Shown here piece after piece: positions 62,181 through 64,000 of a DNA stretch of 64,000 bases (positions are counted from its first letter, which is position 1; every line of letters starts with the position of its first letter). A program made the position numbers and the translations under genes. The DNA lies in contig JAPDFW010000098.1 in the NCBI GenBank assembly GCA_028826165.1, positions 180,255 through 244,254 on the forward strand. The letters are read 5' to 3'. The stretch is from Anaeramoeba ignava BMAN. Taxonomy: Eukaryota > Protista > Anaeramoebae. Below the pieces are notes generated by a model. It was not told the DNA's origin. It saw only the letters and a list, made by a program, of their open reading frames with translations, and searched no databases.

Positions 62181-64000
62181 TTATTTCTTAAATTCTGTTG
62201 TAACTTCATCAAAATCAAAAACTCTTAAAGGTTCAACTTTCTTTTGAGCAATTAAGTAAATTGTGAAAAATAATGGAAATCTAAAACAAAATTAAAAATT
62301 AAAAATTAAAAATTTAAAATTTAAAATTATTAATTAAAATTTACTCTTCAATTTTTCCTTTTTTTGTTAAAAATCGATGAACTTCATCACAAGTTAAAGT
62401 TCCTTGAAGTTTTTGTCCATTCAACAATTCAGCTTCCAAATCATTCCAAGACTAAAAAAAAATATAATTATTTTTTTGTTAATTCAAAAAATTTTCCCTA
62501 AAAGAAAAAAATTTTTTTTTTTTTTAAAATTTTTCACTTTTCCAGTTTTAACAAAAGCTTCAGCAACTTTTCTGTTTCTTCCACCAACACAAGTTGTAAT
62601 AAGATCAGCGACACCACAACTTTCAAAGAATGTTTCACTTTCGACACCTTTGTAAAACATTTGAGCGAATTTTTTCATCTCTAACAAACCAATTCTCATG
62701 ATTGCTGCTTTTGAATTTCCACCAAAAGAAAGTCCATCACAAAAGCCTGCTCCAAGAGCAACGATGTTTTTGAGTGATCCACAAATTTCAACTCCATAAA
62801 CATCTGAAACTGTTGAAACTCTGAATGTTTTTGTGTTGAAAAGTTTGAGATACATTTCTTGGTCTTTTTGGTCAGCGCAACCTAAACAAAATTTTAAAAA
62901 TTTTGAAATTAAATCAAATGAAATCAAATTATTTGAAAATGAATTAAATCAAATTAAATTAAATCAAATTAAAATTATTTGAAAATGAATTAAATCAAAT
63001 TAAATTAAATCAAATTAAAATTATTTGGAAATGAATTAAATCAAATTAAATCAAATTAAATCAAATTAAATCAAATTAAAATTAAATTAAATCAAATTAA
63101 ATCAAATTAAATCAAATTAATTAAATCAAATCAAATCAAATCAAATTAAATTAAAATTATTTGAAAAAGTGGAACAAAATTAAATTGAAATTAAATCAAA
63201 TTAAAATTAAATTAAATCAAATTGAAAAAGTGGAACAAAATTAAATCAAAATTATTTGGAAATGAATTAAATCAAATTAAATCAAATTAAATCAAATTAA
63301 ATCAAATTATTTAAAATAAATTATTTAAAACAAATCAAATCAAATTAAATCAAATTAAATTAAAATTAAAACAAATTAAATCAAATTAAATCAAAATTAT
63401 TTGGAAATGAATTAAATCAAATTAAATTAAATCAAATTAAATCAAATTAAATCAAATTAATTAAATCAAATTAAATCAAATTAAATCAAATTAAATCAAA
63501 TCAAAATTATTTGAAAAAGTGGAACAAAATTAAATCAAATGAAATTAAATTAAATCAAATTAATTAAATCAAATTAATTAAATCAAATTAAATCAAATTA
63601 AATCAAATTAAATTAAAATTATTTGAAAAAGTGGAACAAAATTAAAATCAAAATTATTTGGAATTGAATTAAATTAAATTAAATCAAATTAAAATTTAGA
63701 AATCAATTTTTTACCAATTGTAGTTTCACAAAACATATCTTGTGCAACTTCATTTGCAACATTTGCTCCCATTAAAGCACTTACTTGAATTCCTAAACTT
63801 TCAGAAATCATATCAGAAATTAAGTGAATTTCATCTTGATCATCAACAACAAAACCCTTAATTAAAGTAATTGCTCGGCAACCCTTTTTGATGTGTTCTT
63901 TTATTGTGGAAAGTGTTCTAGAAATAAATTGATGTGGAAGAACAAAAACAAGAATTGTTGCTCCATCAACTGATTTAATAGATCAGGTTCTGCAATTAAA
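62181..64000 (-). CDS. GPD1: Glycerol-3-phosphate dehydrogenase (NAD+), 5'-incomplete, at least 4 exons in the window
   Basis: [66 protein letters not shown] and FPLF motifs. Confidence 0.95.
62900..63700. repeat. (AAATT/AAATC)n pentamer satellite with interspersed GAAAAAGTGGAACAAAA in a GPD1 intron (62882-63714)
   Basis: Directly visible. Confidence 0.88.

Noticed and set aside
1-64000. tRNA, rRNA, snRNA or transposase genes
   Set aside because: No sufficiently structured or GC-containing non-coding segment and no transposase or RT motifs were recognised by eye; a covariance-model search would be needed to exclude small RNAs.

Overview
Extremely AT-rich, gene-dense eukaryotic DNA with spliceosomal GT-AG introns. 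The gene content and style suggest an anaerobic metamonad such as Anaeramoeba; this is an inference, based on a hydrogenosome-type presequence, iron-sulfur flavoproteins, TCAYT initiator motifs, QN/NE homopeptide runs and expanded BTB families. About 25 protein genes can be reconstructed by hand: an OB-fold SSB-like protein, ES1/ElbB, a GPR107-like 7TM, an HTH-like low-complexity protein, a TOM1/THH1-like 7TM, a tweety-like protein, a stand-alone prokaryotic-type SBBP-associated N-terminal domain protein, DBP4/DDX10, two tandem Isf genes, a cyclin, a SUT/SLC45 transporter, Trf4/PAPD5, two BTB-TLDc genes, seven RCC1-BTB-BTB paralogues plus one fragment, Rac, a VASt protein and GPD1 (partial). 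Most long ORFs in the supplied track are artefacts of microsatellite-filled introns. Main observations: (1) a tandem RCC1-BTB array whose differences concentrate in paratope-like propeller loops, with mosaic copies, which is a candidate diversified Cullin-3 recognition system; (2) two unrelated genes each bracketed by a ~75-80 bp direct repeat spanning the promoter upstream and the stop codon downstream; (3) an abrupt A-to-T switch at synonymous sites in the middle of exons; (4) six intergenic tandem arrays with nucleosome-sized monomers (about 143-146 or 165-168 bp) sharing an AAAA(G)TGGAA-type anchor, two of them at rearrangement junctions. Several single-base frameshifts in homopolymers look like assembly errors.
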